Shown here: positions 25,508-38,962 of the stretch, piece after piece
Numbering within the stretch: position 1 is the stretch's first letter
Layout of the letters: each line of letters starts with the position of its first letter
Assembly (NCBI GenBank): GCA_028534125.1
Contig: CM052816.1
Location: forward strand, 86,926,001 to 86,990,000
Source of the DNA: Lama glama
Lineage: Eukaryota
Reading direction: 5' to 3'
DNA length: 64,000 bases
Position numbers and translations under genes: made by a program
Notes under the pieces: model-generated
Seen by the model: only the letters and a program-made list of their open reading frames with translations
Database searches by the model: none
Told to the model about the DNA's origin: nothing

Positions 25508-26203
25508 TGTTTTCTTTTTGATGATAGCCATTCTGACAGGTGTGAGTGATACCTAACTGTGGCATTCATTTGCATTTCCCTGACGATTAGTGAAGTTGAG
25601 CATCTTTTTGTGTGCCTGTTGGTCATCTACATTTATTTCCTCTTTGGAAAAATGCCTATTCAGTGCTTCTGCCCATTTTTTAAATTGGGTAGTTTGTTTT
25701 TGTGATGTTCAGTTGTATGAGCTGTTCACATATTTTGAATATTAACCCCTTATTAGACATGTCATTTGCAAATATCTTCTCCCATTCTATAGATTTTCTT
25801 TTGGTCTTGTTTATGGTTTCCTTTGCTGTGCAAAAGCTTTTAAGTTTAATTAGATCTCATTTGTTTATTGTTGCTTTTGTTTCCTTTGCTTTAGGAGACA
25901 AATTCAAAAAAAATGTTGCTGTGATTTATATCAAAGAGTGTTCTGCCTATGTTTTCCCCTAAGAGTTTTATAGTATCTGGTCTTACATTTAGGTCGTTAA
26001 TCCATTTTGAGTTTATTTTTGTATATAGTGTTAGAGATTGTTCTAATCTCATTCTTTTTCATGTAGCTGTCCAGTTTTCTAAGCACTAATTATTAAAGAG
26101 ACTATCTTTTCTCCATTGTATATTATTGCCTCCTTTGTCATAGATTAATTGACCATAAATGTGTGGGTTTATTTCTGGGCTCTCTATTCTGTTCCATTGA
26201 TCT
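25508..26203 (-). mobile_element. Internal L1 ORF2 fragment lacking 3'UTR/poly(A)
   Basis: Reverse-complement homologue of about 2055-2735 of the first L1 (gatagccattctgacaggtgtgag ... ctctctattctgttccattgatct). Confidence 0.92.
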
Positions 26204-26289
26204 TAATTTTTGAAGAATCATATGTATTAAGATAGAATAATAATACAGATTCTTTGCACTGTGTATATTTTCCAAGTAGTAGTTTGATC

Positions 26290-26707
26290 ATTTAAAATTA
26301 AATACAAAATAGAGTCCAGACTTGAGAGTTCTCTGAGCATACAAAACCATTTAAACCTGGTGAGCAAAACTAAATCTAGCTTATTTCATGAACTTAAGCA
26401 AAACTTAAAACTTAGTTTTTTTCTTCTAACGCTTCTGATAATTGTAAAAGAAACTTAAGTCACCTTCCTCAAAATGATATAAGATAATCAGTTTTAAACA
26501 ATCATATGCCATCTGGAAACCTCCATTGAAATAACCAATCATCCTAGAGGTTCTAATTTTCGCTTTATAAGTCATCCTGTAATGTCCTTCCTCTGAGCTT
26601 TATGCCGGTTTTCAGTTTGAATGCTCCCAGTTCATAAACTGTCCTTACATGCACAGTAAACTCCTACTAAATATTATTTTATTGATCTAGTGGTTTTCAT
26701 TTTGACT
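26290..26707 (+). mobile_element. ERV1 solo LTR, MER89-like
   Basis: aaaattaaatacaaaatagagtccagacttgag...; taaccaatca CCAAT box, tttataag TATA-like, agtaaa poly(A)-like signal, ends ttttgac. Confidence 0.65.
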
Positions 26708-26744
26708 GTTTTATACTGGCATTTATAACTCTTGTTATTTTTAG

Positions 26745-27273
26745 TTTTGTGTAGTTAAAATGATCACCCTTTTTTCCCTATGGGTCAGGAGTTAGAACAG
26801 AGCTGGGAGAGTTTGTTCTGATTCCACAATGTCAGGGACTGGGCTGGTAAGGCTTGAAGGAATTGTGTTCAGATCTCCTGCAGGCTTCCTTATTCACGGG
26901 TCTGGCATTTGAACTGAATAGCCCAAAGTCTACTACGCTCAGCTGGGACTGTCAAATGGCGCTCTGGATGAATGTGGCCGTTGCTTGTGTCTAGAGCCTC
27001 TAACTGCACTGCAGCCAGGCTCTGAGTGGAGTGTCCCGTAGGAAGTGATCTCAGAGCAAGTGTTCCAAGAGGGCTTGGGAAAAGCTTCAGGAATTTAACT
27101 GATCCACATTAAAATCATGTGGCATCACATTCTCCTTGATGTGAGCAATTTGCCACTTGGGATTCAAAGGAAAGGAATTAGACTTTTTTCTTAAGGGAAG
27201 GATGGCATGTTCTAGAAGAGCATGTGAATGGGAAATACTGTTGAGGCCCTCACTGGAGAATACAACTTCACAC
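26745..27273 (-). mobile_element. MaLR LTR, MLT1E-like
   Basis: gggtcaggag...ctcagctgggactgtcaa...gaagagcatgtgaatgggaaatactgttgaggcc...aatacaa. Confidence 0.75.
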
Positions 27274-27490
27274 AAGCTTCATTGTCATTTTTTAAATGTA
27301 TACCATTTAGGACCACCTGCATTGGCACTCATTCCTTGCTTACATGCTTAATTTCCTTCCCTTCACAATTTCCTTCCCAATTTCCTTTCGTTCACAATTA
27401 AAATGAAGGCTTTTTATAAGTGAGGAAGTGTCTGATTTACTGCAGCATCACCTGTGCCTAGAACAATGTGTATCTCTGTGGATATTTAGG

Positions 27491-27491
<1 letters not shown>

Positions 27492-27526
<35 letters not shown>
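27492..27526. repeat. (TG)17 microsatellite
   Basis: Direct reading. Confidence 0.97.
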
Positions 27527-27529
<3 letters not shown>

Positions 27530-27537
27530 TAGCCTAG

Positions 27538-27750
27538 CAGAGCATTTCACAACTTTTTCATATAGATGACCCACACCAATGTAGTACATTGTCTGTCACA
27601 CCAGGGGAGACAAATAACGTTCCCCATTGCTGGAGGTGAGTAATTAAGCACCTTTGAGTACCATATGTATAACTAAAAATTCCTGAGAGTGCAGGGGCCC
27701 AGTTCGCCACATCTGTCATTCATTCAAGGCGCACAGTGGGGAGGCTTAGC
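27538..27750. mobile_element. hAT-Charlie MITE, MER112-like
   Basis: cagagcatttcacaactttttca...cacaccagggg...cacatctgtcattcattc...gtggggaggct. Confidence 0.55.
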
Positions 27751-28409
27751 CTAGTAAGCAGTTGATTAGTGTAAATATTGCAGGTGTACTCAAATGCGTG
27801 TGTATCAACTCTATGCCAAGTGCAATAATAGAGAGATCCATGCATACATAAAGTTCGGCTGTAGTTTGAATTTTGTGTTCATCGTTTTTGAAAGTACTTT
27901 ACCTATGATTTATATATATGCATATACATATACATGATATGTATATTGATCTATATATAATTTTATACGTATGTGTCTGTGGGTGTGTCAGCTGTGTGAT
28001 AGTCATTATGCTACATAGGATGTATCTAATGGTGAAAAGACAGACACTATTACAGCCATCTTAGAGACTATATTCAATTGAAGAATATATATATTAAATA
28101 AGTAATCACAAATATAATTAGTGTTGGAGAAGAGGACTACGTGGTGTTTTAAGTGTGTATAGCAATAAAAAATAATCTATATAGCGCTAATCCCACTGTC
28201 TTATTTTTAAATTCCACGCTGGACTTAGTGGTAACAACTGACTATAAGCTGTGAAGGCATTGAGTGTGTCTATCTTATTCTTACTTTTTTTTTTTCAGTA
28301 ATTAGCATTGTGCATGGTACACAAATACCACCCATGAATATTTATTAAATTAAGGGGAAAATATGAACTCTCTGTTCTCAAAATTCCTGTATTTCTTGGC
28401 CTATTTTAA

Positions 28410-29045
28410 AAAAATTAATCAATTCTATTTTTACGAAAGTTTCAGGTTTAGAAAAATATTGAGTGGAAAGTACAGAGTTTTCACATACCCCCATTTCCCC
28501 CTGCACAAACACGTGCACATGCAAAGACTTTCTCCTATTATTAACTTCGTTAGTGTGGAGTATTTGTTGCATTTGATGAGTCAATACTGACACATTATTA
28601 TTAACTAAAATCCATGGTTTATATTAGAGCACCCTCTTTATGTTGTATGTTTTATGAGTTTGATGAATGTATAATAACATGTGTCCACCATTATTGTATT
28701 ATACTGAATAGTTTCACTGCCCTGAAAATCCCCCACTCTTCACCCATTAATTCATACCTCCCCTGCCTTCCATTCCATCCCTACCAACTCCTGGCAACAA
28801 TTGATCTTTTTGTTATTACCATAGTTTTGGTTTTTCCAGATTGTCAAATAGTTGGAATCATACTAATGTAGATTTTTCAGATTGGCTTCTTTCACTTAGC
28901 AATATGAATTCAATGTTCCTCCATGTTTTTTCATAGCTTGATATCTCATTTCATTTTATTGCTATATAATATTCCATTGTGTAAATATTCCACAGTTTAG
29001 TATCCATTCACCTGTTGAAGGGTATCTTGGTTGCTTTCAAGTTCT
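28410..29045 (-). mobile_element. L1MC/MD-type 3' end
   Basis: gtttcaggtttagaaaaatattgagtggaaagtacagagtttt ... atccattcacctgttgaagggtatcttggttgctttcaa. Confidence 0.9.
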
Positions 29046-30541
29046 TTGGCTTATTTTTTGGGTTATTTGTCTAATGCTTTTTTTATTAGCTTTCTTGGTG
29101 GTAGCACTGTTTCTGCAAGCAACATATAGGGTCTAGGAACAACTAGATATTCAAAGCAATTCCATGGGGTTCACATATCACCTAAATACCTATGCACCAT
29201 GAATCTTTCTTCACAACTCCTGACAATCTCAGGTTTCAGATATATTTCCAACTCTTTTTTGCATATATGGGCCTGCTTTTTTTTTGCAATTATATAAAAC
29301 TGTGTATACACATTATGCTAATACTTTTCTGTGAATTATCTGGCAGTTTTCAACTTTCATCAGGGGATAATTGTCTTCTCGCTCCTTAGTTTATGACTCA
29401 TCGTGTTGTTAATGCCCCTTGCTATTTCCCTGCCTGCTTCCACTATTCATGGCTCTACTACTGGTAAGTTTCAGGGATTCAGCTCCACCTACTGCATTAG
29501 CTATTATTTACTTTATATGTTCATGAGTCAACTTTTCCCACAAAATTCAAAATTTTTCAAAGGCAGGAGATAGAACTACATTAAAATTTCTGGTACAGAG
29601 TGGACATTTAATAAATGCATAATTATTTGATGAAAATATTTGTAAATTAATGCTTAAGCTACATTTTACCCTAAAATTGGTACTTATATAATGAATTTAC
29701 TAAACTGATTTGTTTTGATGAGGTACAGTTTGGTCCTCAGTGTTCAGTGGTGTCTTCTGTGGATTCTCCCTGAGACTTGTTCTCAAATATCCTACTAACA
29801 ATTAATCTAATTTTCATATTATCTAATAAAAACTAATAATGTATTTTGTTGATTTTACCAAAAAATGATATAAAATAACGATACTGAATGACAGTTTAGG
29901 GGAGAAGAGGGACATATTTGTAGTTCATACTGATAAAGCGCTAAGTTCCAGAGAGAAAGAGAGAGAAAGTCTTAATGTAGGTGCTATTAAGTTTTATCAG
30001 ACTTTTCCTTACCCTGACTTTTAAAAGCAGATGAGGGCTGAGTAAGTAGAGACAAGCTTACCAGCATAATGAAATTTGACAGATAATTCTGTTTCATGAC
30101 AAGTTTATTTCAGAATGGCGGTGCCAAGATTAAGTATCAGTTAGGCTTGCTGCCCTGTCAGACTGATCAGGAAAAAAATCTGCATTTTCCATGCCCCTAG
30201 TTTACTTCATGTCCCAAAGCAGGCCTGTAGCCTGACTTTGGTATTTTTAAGGCAGTCCTTTCAAGTTTAATATTCTAATAAGCGTGAGTGTTGTCATTCA
30301 GACGTTTCACTGTGCAGTATCATGCTAGGAAAATTGATGTGTGTCGCTGGGAGAGTCAACCATCTCACTCAAAATGTGACTACTTTATTTTTAGTTTGTC
30401 ATAAATCTCACTCTGTGAGATGATTTTAAAGTAGCATTAGTTAAAACTGTCTCATGTTTTAATATTATGGTAATTGAGTCAGTGTTATTTTTCAAAGGCA
30501 AGTATTTACATGCTTATTAACAGAAAAAAATAAAAGTTTAC

Positions 30542-30602
30542 CTTGTTAAAGTCTTTAGCAGGAGATGAAATTTCTTTTTCAAAGTCTTCTGCAATTGAAT
30601 TC
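30542..30602 (-). pseudogene. Exon-like segment, 61 nt, phase 2-0 (NSIAEDFEKEISSPAKDFNK)
   Basis: Acceptor catctttggaacatag, donor AAG|GTAAAC; open frame (part of ORF 30506-30697). Confidence 0.45.
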
Positions 30603-30703
30603 CTATGTTCCAAAGATGTTGAAATATCAGAAAGAGATGTAACGGGAATGTAAAGTAAGATGTTTGTGGAATAAACAGACTGCTGGGCTTTGCACATTTC
30701 AGA

Positions 30704-30893
30704 AGCAGGAGCTGTGTTTTATTATGATCTCTCTTTATATATTTGAAATAGAATAATCAAGAAAATATAGAACGTAGCATTTATGAAATAATAAAATTAG
30801 CAGGAGCTGTGTTTTATAATGATCTCTCTTTATATATTTGAAATAGAATAATCAAGAAAATATAGAACGTAGCATTTATGAAATAATAAAATT
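30704..30893. repeat. Tandem duplication, 2 x 95 bp, 1 mismatch
   Basis: 30704-30798 equals 30799-30893 except ttttaTtatg vs ttttatAatg. Confidence 0.97.
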
Positions 30894-31449
30894 ATATCAT
30901 ATGCTTAATCCATTCTAATATAATGAAATATACTATACTATACTATAAATACGGTGACATTTATATCTTAAGTGGGCTTGTGACCTCCCCAGGTACAGCA
31001 CCACAAAGCAATAACCAGTGTACTTAGTTTAGTATTAACTGTTCTTTTATATTTTGAAAGAGTGTACTACCATCTATATCTGCATCCGTAAGGTATCAAT
31101 TTGTGTATACTAACCCGTTAAATTTTCAAAACATATTTTATAAGAATGCATGTTGAGACTTAAATCCTAATATTCTAAATAATTTTATAGTCTTGTAAAA
31201 TTAACCAGTATTTTTAACTTAGATGTATGATTGTTGAATGGAAATTCCCCTAAACAAAATATACAAGTCGATTAATTAGTATACTACTGTTTGCATTTTC
31301 TCCGTGCTTCCATGTACCTTTATTTCTCTATGATAAAACTTGTAACATTTGACTTCCATCTACTTGAGTCACTGTTGATTGATTCTTCAAAATTGTTAGT
31401 TCCTTGAGCTGCAAAATCGTGGTTTATGTAATGTTTATATACATGTAGT

Positions 31450-31695
31450 TAATAGTTATTACACTAATGTTAATATGTGCCTTAGACTGTTTCATATGCT
31501 TCATAGATTTTTAAGGCATTTAGTTCGGGAGGAAAAAGAAAAAAAACACAAGCTGTGAGATATGTAATAGTTTGTCCACATTTTTTCAGGTAAGAAAACT
31601 GAGACAGAGAGATGTTTCTATAACTTGCCTGAGGTAATTAAGCTGAATTCCAACCCAGGGACACTGATCCAAACCCTGTGTCACAAGCTCCATAA
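31450..31695 (-). mobile_element. MIR
   Basis: ttttcaggtaagaaaactgagacagagagatg...taacttgcctgaggt. Confidence 0.7.
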
Positions 31696-31696
31696 C

Positions 31697-32200
31697 TCTC
31701 TTGGTTCATATCACTTTTAGTGCATTACTCCTTTACTAAGGAAATACCTAAGAGGTTCAGCTTCTAAACCTGAACAAGTATTTATGTCTTAACAATTTAG
31801 CAGTCATTTGAAATAACAATGCATATAAGTTGAAAGAAAGAAAGAAAGAAAGAATATTTTCATTTCTGTCTTCACTAACTACAATTATTCCCTCACGGGA
31901 TGTGTGCAGTTGTCGAAGACTGCACAACATGGAATCAATTCGGACTCCACCACCCTGATTTACAGTTTTACCCTGATGTTCATTCACTACTTGCTTTTTA
32001 TCACAGCAGCTATAGAAACCCAGCTTCACAAACATGGTATCATTGAAAGTATGTAGCATAATCAATCAAATATTGAAATTCTGAACTACTTCAAGCTAAT
32101 ATTTTGTGCAGTGGCTGACAGATACTAAATATCTCTTTGCTTCCCTTGAAGCTTTAAAAAATCCTGCTGGGCCCCGGTGAGTGTCCTGGGTGCCAGGTCC
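31697..32200 (-). mobile_element. hAT-Charlie DNA transposon, MER119-like
   Basis: The minus strand reads tttgtgaagctgggtttctatagctgctgtgataaaaagcaagt; one frame gives HVCEAGF, resembling the hAT C-terminal dimerisation motif YLCEAGFS. Confidence 0.75.
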
Positions 32201-33099
32201 TGCCCCAGCACACAGCTGAGGAACTGCTACCCTGCACTCTCTCATCATCCTGGGCAGAGGCCTAGGACCTGACTCAGCACACATTTTATGAAATCACTCT
32301 CATGTATATGTCAAATACCATTTCAATGAAACAAAACTGTCATTCATTTTTACAAAATTATCTTTTACCTTAGTTATTCATAATAAAAATAAATTTATGT
32401 TTATCTTAAAATATGGATTTAAACTTGCTTTTTCATATAAGAACTATGTAATTTTCAATGATGACTTGAACTTCACTGAGCCTGTTAATGTACATGGTAA
32501 AGGGGGATAAAAGCCTAAGTGGATTAAATGAGTTCATGCACTCAAATTGCTTAACCCTCAGTAAAACATGTTATATGAGCACATGTGATGTCTTTCTTCC
32601 TTTCCATAACTTTCCTCATTTTCCTTCACACCCTCTGTATTGCATTTGACCTGAGTGATTATGTGTAATTCAGGGTAAAATTTTGTCAGGAGATAGGAAT
32701 CTAGGACCATTTAATAGATTGATGTATTCACAGTGAGAAGTTCACCTTACCTACGAAGGTGCTGCTAGCTTTTTCCACACAGTAGCCTTCTTACTGAAAT
32801 GGGAAAGGAAAGGATGGGAAGAAGACAGAAAAGCACAGAAAATGGAAACTGGAAGCTCTGGAAATTTACCCTCTTTCATTTTACAAATATGCCTCAAAAG
32901 GTCATCAATTACTTATTAAAATACCTGGGCTTACAGACAGCATTTATTACTAAAGTAAGTGCTATTGTTAAACACATTTTTAAGTTGTCCAAACTAAATT
33001 TTCAATACATGAGATTTGGAACATGGGATTCAAATAAATGCTTTGGTGAATGTACAACCCCATTAGGACAAATGCATTTCCTTTTGTGTAGAACGAGAC

Positions 33100-33287
33100 C
33101 TTGAGAATAACTGCATAACTAAAGTGAATGTTATCAGCACTTGACTTCCTCCAGGTCTGTATTGTACCAAAAAGCCAATACTTGAACTTTGATTCCCACC
33201 AGTTCAACCCTTTGCTGATCTAGTCAATTTATTTGGCCTTTGTGGTGGTCAGGGGTGTCGCATGTGATTACATGGGGAATGATCAGC
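33100..33287 (-). pseudogene. Exon-like segment, phase-2 start (LIIPHVITCDTPDHHKGQIN*LDQQRVELVGIKVQVLAFWYNTDLEEVKC*), 3' end uncertain
   Basis: Acceptor tttatgtttgcag; one TGA in the first 50 codons. Confidence 0.35.
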
Positions 33288-34499
33288 CTGCAAACATAAA
33301 TCTTGATCAATTTTATAGAACCAGTTTTAGTGTACGACTTTCACAGAGTACTCTTCTCTATTCCACTTTCAAGTCTTCGTTAGTTTGAATAAGGGTTCTT
33401 ATATTTTTATTGATATATAATTTTAAATGAGATGAATTTTAATTTAGACTTCTAATTAAATTATTGTATTTCCACATAATGTATTTAAATTTCATTTGTC
33501 CAAATCAGCATTAAATTTTATTTAATTTACTAATACATTTATTTATTAAAATGCATCACATTTAGAAAACTTAATTTACAAGTTTTCCCTAATAGTACTA
33601 TTGATTATCCTTATTTGATATAATAGAAGCTATAAATTGCCTTCAAGTGCACAAATGATGTTAAATACAAGATACAAAAACCCGTTTAAAATAAACTACC
33701 ATAATGAGTATGGTACTCTACAACAGATGGCTTGTTGACTTGAAAGGCTATCCATCTGTATCGTGTTGTAAAATAAACTGTTGAAATAAATCATTGCCCT
33801 AGAAAGTGCTTTTGGAACTTACAAAATATTTATGTCATTGTGGTATTTGATCAAGTAATCAACAATCTGACTACATCTAGATCTAAGTATCTTCTTAATA
33901 ACCGTAGTAGAGTAAGAGCTATCATATCACTTTGACAGGAACTGGAAATAACATTTTATTTTACATTAATACAGTCCCACAAGTTGACTTCAGTTTTTTC
34001 AACTTGATTTTCCTTTGAAGATTAATAAAGTCATTTTTTAAAACCTTGGGATAATTTTTCCCTTCTGTGAGTTTACACTAGGTATGGATTCTGATAATCT
34101 GTGATTATATGCTCATATGAATAGTGGCTTTACATATGGTATAGTTTTAACTAGAATTTGAAATTTAGAGAAAATATCAATGGAATGAGAACGTCATTGT
34201 AATTTGAGATATATAAAATTGTATTCCAGTACACAATGAATCATGCTGTTGAATTATGGTCTCTTTATATATGAATCTACAATAGTAGTATACACTATGT
34301 GAGGCTGTTCTGTGAAGTTATTAATAACTATATTTGCTTTCTTCTATATAAAAGCAAAAATATTTGGAGACATTTAAAAATATAATCAGAGCTATACACT
34401 TAACATTGTAAAATATATGTAAATCAAGTGTGGCTAATATGTATGAATTACTTGACTATTAGCAACAACAGTCTAATACGTCCTGAATTTAAAACTTTA

Positions 34500-36530
34500 C
34501 AATGAAAAAAGTAAAGAGTTTCTGGGAGCTGAAGACAACAGCAGTACTTAGGACTACTCTCCCATGCGTCCTCTAACAGTAATACTGAGGGGAAGAGAAG
34601 ACTAGATAAAAAATCATGCCTTCAGTATAATTTGAAAGCAGAGAGTACCTGAACTTTAAAATAATATAAGTAAAAACAAAGCAAAACAAAACAACAAATC
34701 ACAGCATGGAAATTCTCACAGTCCTACACCAGCATCACCCCCTGGCAGGGCAAGTGTCAAACAGAGGCCGCCCTAGAAACACTGAATGAAAGAGAGAAGA
34801 GAATGAACATTGGGTCATAAGAGTGATTTCAAGTTGTCACCAGGAAGACAAAGCCCTCTGATGTTTCAGGCAAATGCTAATTGCATCCGATAGTTCAGTG
34901 CATGGGCAAAATATGTCCCTAAAGAAGGGACTAAAACATTTATGTGATTTAAAATGACACTGTTGAAACTCCTGAGGGGGAAATGTCAAAAAGGATGGGA
35001 AAACGCTCTTTGGCCATTAGATGCTGGAGGAGGAAGAAGCAAAAATGAGTGGGTTAGAGTCTGTACATCCTAGGGGACCTAAAGATTTAGAGGGCATATA
35101 ATCACTGTCCCATCACCAAAGCAAAACAATCAAACGAAGGAAAACAAACAAACAGAAAACACTGAATAATTGAATTTGCTATACTCAGACATGAGGACAC
35201 CCAAATTAAGGAGCCTATGATATAGATATCACAATAACATAAATGTAAATGATAACAACAAGAAAGTTAACAGATCTCTTGCAAAAATCAGGAAACAATT
35301 CATTACTTATCAAGTAAAATTTTCCCTAGAAATAAAAGCATAAAGCAGAAGAAAACTGGAAGACATCACTCCAAGTAGACTTAAGCATGTCTACTTAAGC
35401 AAGTAATGAAGTATAAATAGTATCAACTTAAATGAGAGATTCAAAAAGGAAGAATATGAACAGACAAGAAAAAAAAGAAAAAATGGGGATTGATTAAACT
35501 CAAGCAAGAAGTGGAAGAATAGGAAGAATACACCATTCTCTTAAAAGTAAAGAATATATAATGCTGGTACCTGAGAGAAAGTAAACTGAAAAAAAAAAAA
35601 GAAAAAGAAAAAGAAAAATGAGAAAACATGGAAGAAAGACGGAAAACAACCAAGGGAGTTTTTAGTTGTTAAAATGTAGAATGAAAATGGTTCAGGGGAA
35701 AGCAGAAGAAAGGGAAGACAGGCAAGAAAGAAATAACTTTGTGTTTTGTATTTTTAAAGTAGAAAAATTAGACAGTAGAACAGAATTAATATATAAAATT
35801 ATAATCTAAGAAGACATTCTGGAGAAAAAAGTTCTGAATCTATACATTACTGTGTCCCACTGGATACCTGGGGAGAGTAAACAGAACGGTCAAATTCAAG
35901 ATACATCCTAGTAAAGCTTTTATATTTTAAAGATAAAGAAAGAAAATCCTCAAGTGTCAGGCAAAATGATGAAACATCTTATAAAGACAAAATGATTGCT
36001 CTGTCATGAGACTTTTCAAAAGCCACATATGAACAAAGGATATCCAAATGTAGCATTTTTTTTTTTTTGAAATTCGGTGAAAGGAAGTGTGAACCAAACA
36101 CAGTCCTCCTAGTATCTCCAGGAGATTGGTTACAGGAACCCCCGTGGATACCAATGTCTCAGGATGCTCAGGTCCCTTACGTAAAATGACGTCGTTTTTG
36201 CACATAACTTGTCTTATGTACACCTTCCAGAATACTTTAAATCATCTCTAGATTGGTTATAATACCTAATACAAAGTAAATACTATGTACATAATTGCCA
36301 GTGTGTGGCAAATTCAAGATTTGCCTTTTGTAACTTTCTGGAATTTTTTTTTCTAATTTTGGAATATTTTTGTCCATATTTGGTTGATTTGTGGATGTGG
36401 AACCTATGGATATGGAGGGCCACTGTATTTTATAATAGGTCTATCTATCAGTCAAGATTCAAGGCTATAGAAAAATCATTTTCTATATACAAAAATGTAG
36501 GGAACTCTACTTCTATATGGGCATTTTAGG
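34500..36530 (+). mobile_element. Ancient HAL1 / L1 ORF1-like remnant
   Basis: catcctagtaaagcttttatattttaaagataaagaaagaaaatcct ... agacttttcaaaagc ... aaggaagtgtgaaccaa; continues after the MER2 insertion. The 5' boundary is uncertain. Confidence 0.6.
36101..36425. mobile_element. MER2B-like TcMar-Tigger MITE nested in HAL1
   Basis: Ends cagtcctcctagtatc ... gatatggagggccactg|ta; internal tactttaaatcatctctagatt and gcaaattcaagatttgcc. Confidence 0.9.
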
Positions 36531-38169
36531 TAATCTGATATTTGATTTTGCAGCTTTCTGTATTTAAAATTATTTAAAAGTAAATAATTTTTAAAAATAA
36601 GAAAGTTGCTTCAAAAAGATACAATAATTCTGTGAGCCAGTAAGCATGTTTTGAATGTAGAAATCCGTGCAGTGTTAATCATCATATATAAGAGTGTTTA
36701 TCTTTACCATATAATGGGATTCAGGTAAGATGGAGTAAGAAAGTAGAAGAAAATGTTGTAAATGCTATGAAAATACATTGTCATCATTTTATTTGAAAAA
36801 TTTGGAATGTATCCAAATGCAAATAAACTATATATTTCAAAGGCTATCATGAACAAATATTTTGGTGTTCTTTGACTACTTTAATCAGGAAAGACAATTA
36901 AAATTTGATCACAACTATAGGAGAAAATAGGAATGAATGGGATAGAGATACTAAGCTGAGACTTATCATTCAGTTACAACTCTAGATATATGTACATGTT
37001 CAGCATGGAAATATTAATCTATAGCTGTATTTTCAATAACAATAGAAAATGTTTCATGGTTATTATTTTGTGTATGTAAGTTTTTTTTCTTTTATCCAGT
37101 GATAAGTGGAGTTCACATAAACTCAAAGTTTGATATCAAAGAAAATACATAGAACATATTTTGCATTGTATTCTTAAATAAGTATATAACTGACAGAATT
37201 ACCAAAAATTATCCAGCTTTAAAACTAAAACATTTTGTGAACATCACCCAGTATTACAGTTTAAAAGCCAACCTTAGCAGCTGAATTTCTGGAAATTGTT
37301 GCTTCTCCAGGTAGCACACTTCATGCAAATGAACCCAGATGAAAAGAACTGAAAATAGCTAGTATGTCTAGTTAACACATGGGTGACTCTAGTATAAGCA
37401 AACAGCTCATGAGATCTTCATCTTCCAAAACATAATTGGTAACTGCTGTATTTTCACTGAACAATATTAAGATGAGCTTTTTTTAGGTTACTCTTTTAAC
37501 AACAGAATTTTATTCATGATATTCAAATGATAAAATATTAATCTATCATTAATGTAGGAATATGTCAGAGAGCCATTTGGTTCAATTTATAAGACACTTT
37601 AAAATCTGTGTTAATATTTAAATAACAGGAGTAAGGAAAACAATATCAAGTGCCTAACTAAAATCCCATCCTCTTGCAAGTTTATTCAGAACTAGTGCTT
37701 GGCTAATTACATGTTATAATTGAAAAAGCCAATGAATGGAATGTATAACCAGAAGGTAAATGCAAGTTACGGAAAAATCAATTAATATCAAATTTACAAA
37801 ACAAGCTATTTTTGAATATGAAATAATAATTATTAGAGATCATCCCTTTCATGCTAAAATAATAAATACCAACTATGAATATATTCAGTATGAAAATATT
37901 TTATGATTTCTTCATTTTACAAAGTTTGCATAAACATGTGGGGAGAATATTACTCTAGGTTTTTCCGGGAATGACAGACACACAGTCTCACCCTTGAGGG
38001 AAACCTGTGAATACAGGATTGGATTCACCTCATAGCACTATCTTCTTGAAAATGGAATACTAGCAAATTTGAAACTGAATTTTGACCATTCTTCTATAGG
38101 AATTATGAGAAAAAAGGTATACTTCAATATTAATGATTTGTTCTTTTTCTCAGCTTTACTGCAGACAAC

Positions 38170-38253
38170 CTCAGAGCAGTGTGCTCAACTTCTTCGTGAC
38201 AGAGCTCTCTCTTTATTGCAGCCAGTGTGCAAAAGGCCCTCTTGTGATTTATG
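38170..38253 (-). pseudogene. Exon-like segment, 84 nt, phase 2-2 (INHKRAFCTLAAIKRELCHEEVEHTAL)
   Basis: Acceptor ctttcttattctgatgaattcag, weak donor GAG|GTTGTC; open frame. Confidence 0.4.
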
Positions 38254-38779
38254 CTGAATTCATCAGAATAAGAAAGCTAAGGCACATGTTTGTAACTCTA
38301 TAGCTGAACAGAGATCACCCAAACATTTTACATGCTGTATGTCCTTTAGATATTTATAACACAATAACATTTACCATTGATGTAACAGGCTCATTTTCCT
38401 GAAATAAGAGTACAGTTCAGTTTAATAATGGTAAAACTAGAAATTTTGATAACAAAGTGAAAGAAAATACACCTTACCATAAGACACACATAGCTTCTAA
38501 TCATTCTGTCTCCATCCTTTATAAGTTATGTTGTCAAAAAGTTTGAGAACATAGAAAGTTTGTTCTTCAAACGTGGGCTAATGCATCTTATTTTGAGAAA
38601 ATCTGTGTTATTTAGTATTGGATATTTTTTAGTATTGGATTTTTTTTTCCTAGTTAAAATTGTAGAATGTGGATTATGGAACGTGCATGAATTTTCACAC
38701 CAGGTAGAGATGTATTAGCTCTTGCTACCTATTTTTTCACTGGCTTGTATGCATATTCTAAGGGCACAAAAAAACCTGA

Positions 38780-38962
38780 GGTGTTTATACTGTACAGGAC
38801 ATAGAACTATATTCAATATCTTATAGTAACCTATAATGGAAAGGAATATGAAAAGGAGTATGTGTAGATATATGGATGAGTAAAACATCATGCTGTACAC
38901 CAGAAATTGAAACAACATTGTAAAGTGACTATACTTCAGTAAAAAAATAAATAAATAAAAAA
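38780..38962 (+). mobile_element. Short L1 3'UTR insertion, camelid-type
   Basis: aactatattcaatatcttatagtaacctataatg...gctgtacaccagaaattga...ctatacttca followed by an A tail. Confidence 0.9.

Noticed and set aside
33719..33770. Imperfect hairpin (acagatgg/ccatctgt) as a possible pre-miRNA
   Set aside because: The stem is too short and bulged, and I recognise no miRNA.
38151..38257. Plus-strand acceptor tttttctcag followed by ALLQTTSEQCAQLLRD...
   Set aside because: No donor or partner exons; it overlaps a better-fitting minus-strand segment.
38611..38648. Short tandem duplications (also near 58132-58160, 60069-60096, 62113-62131)
   Set aside because: Ordinary slippage-scale events.
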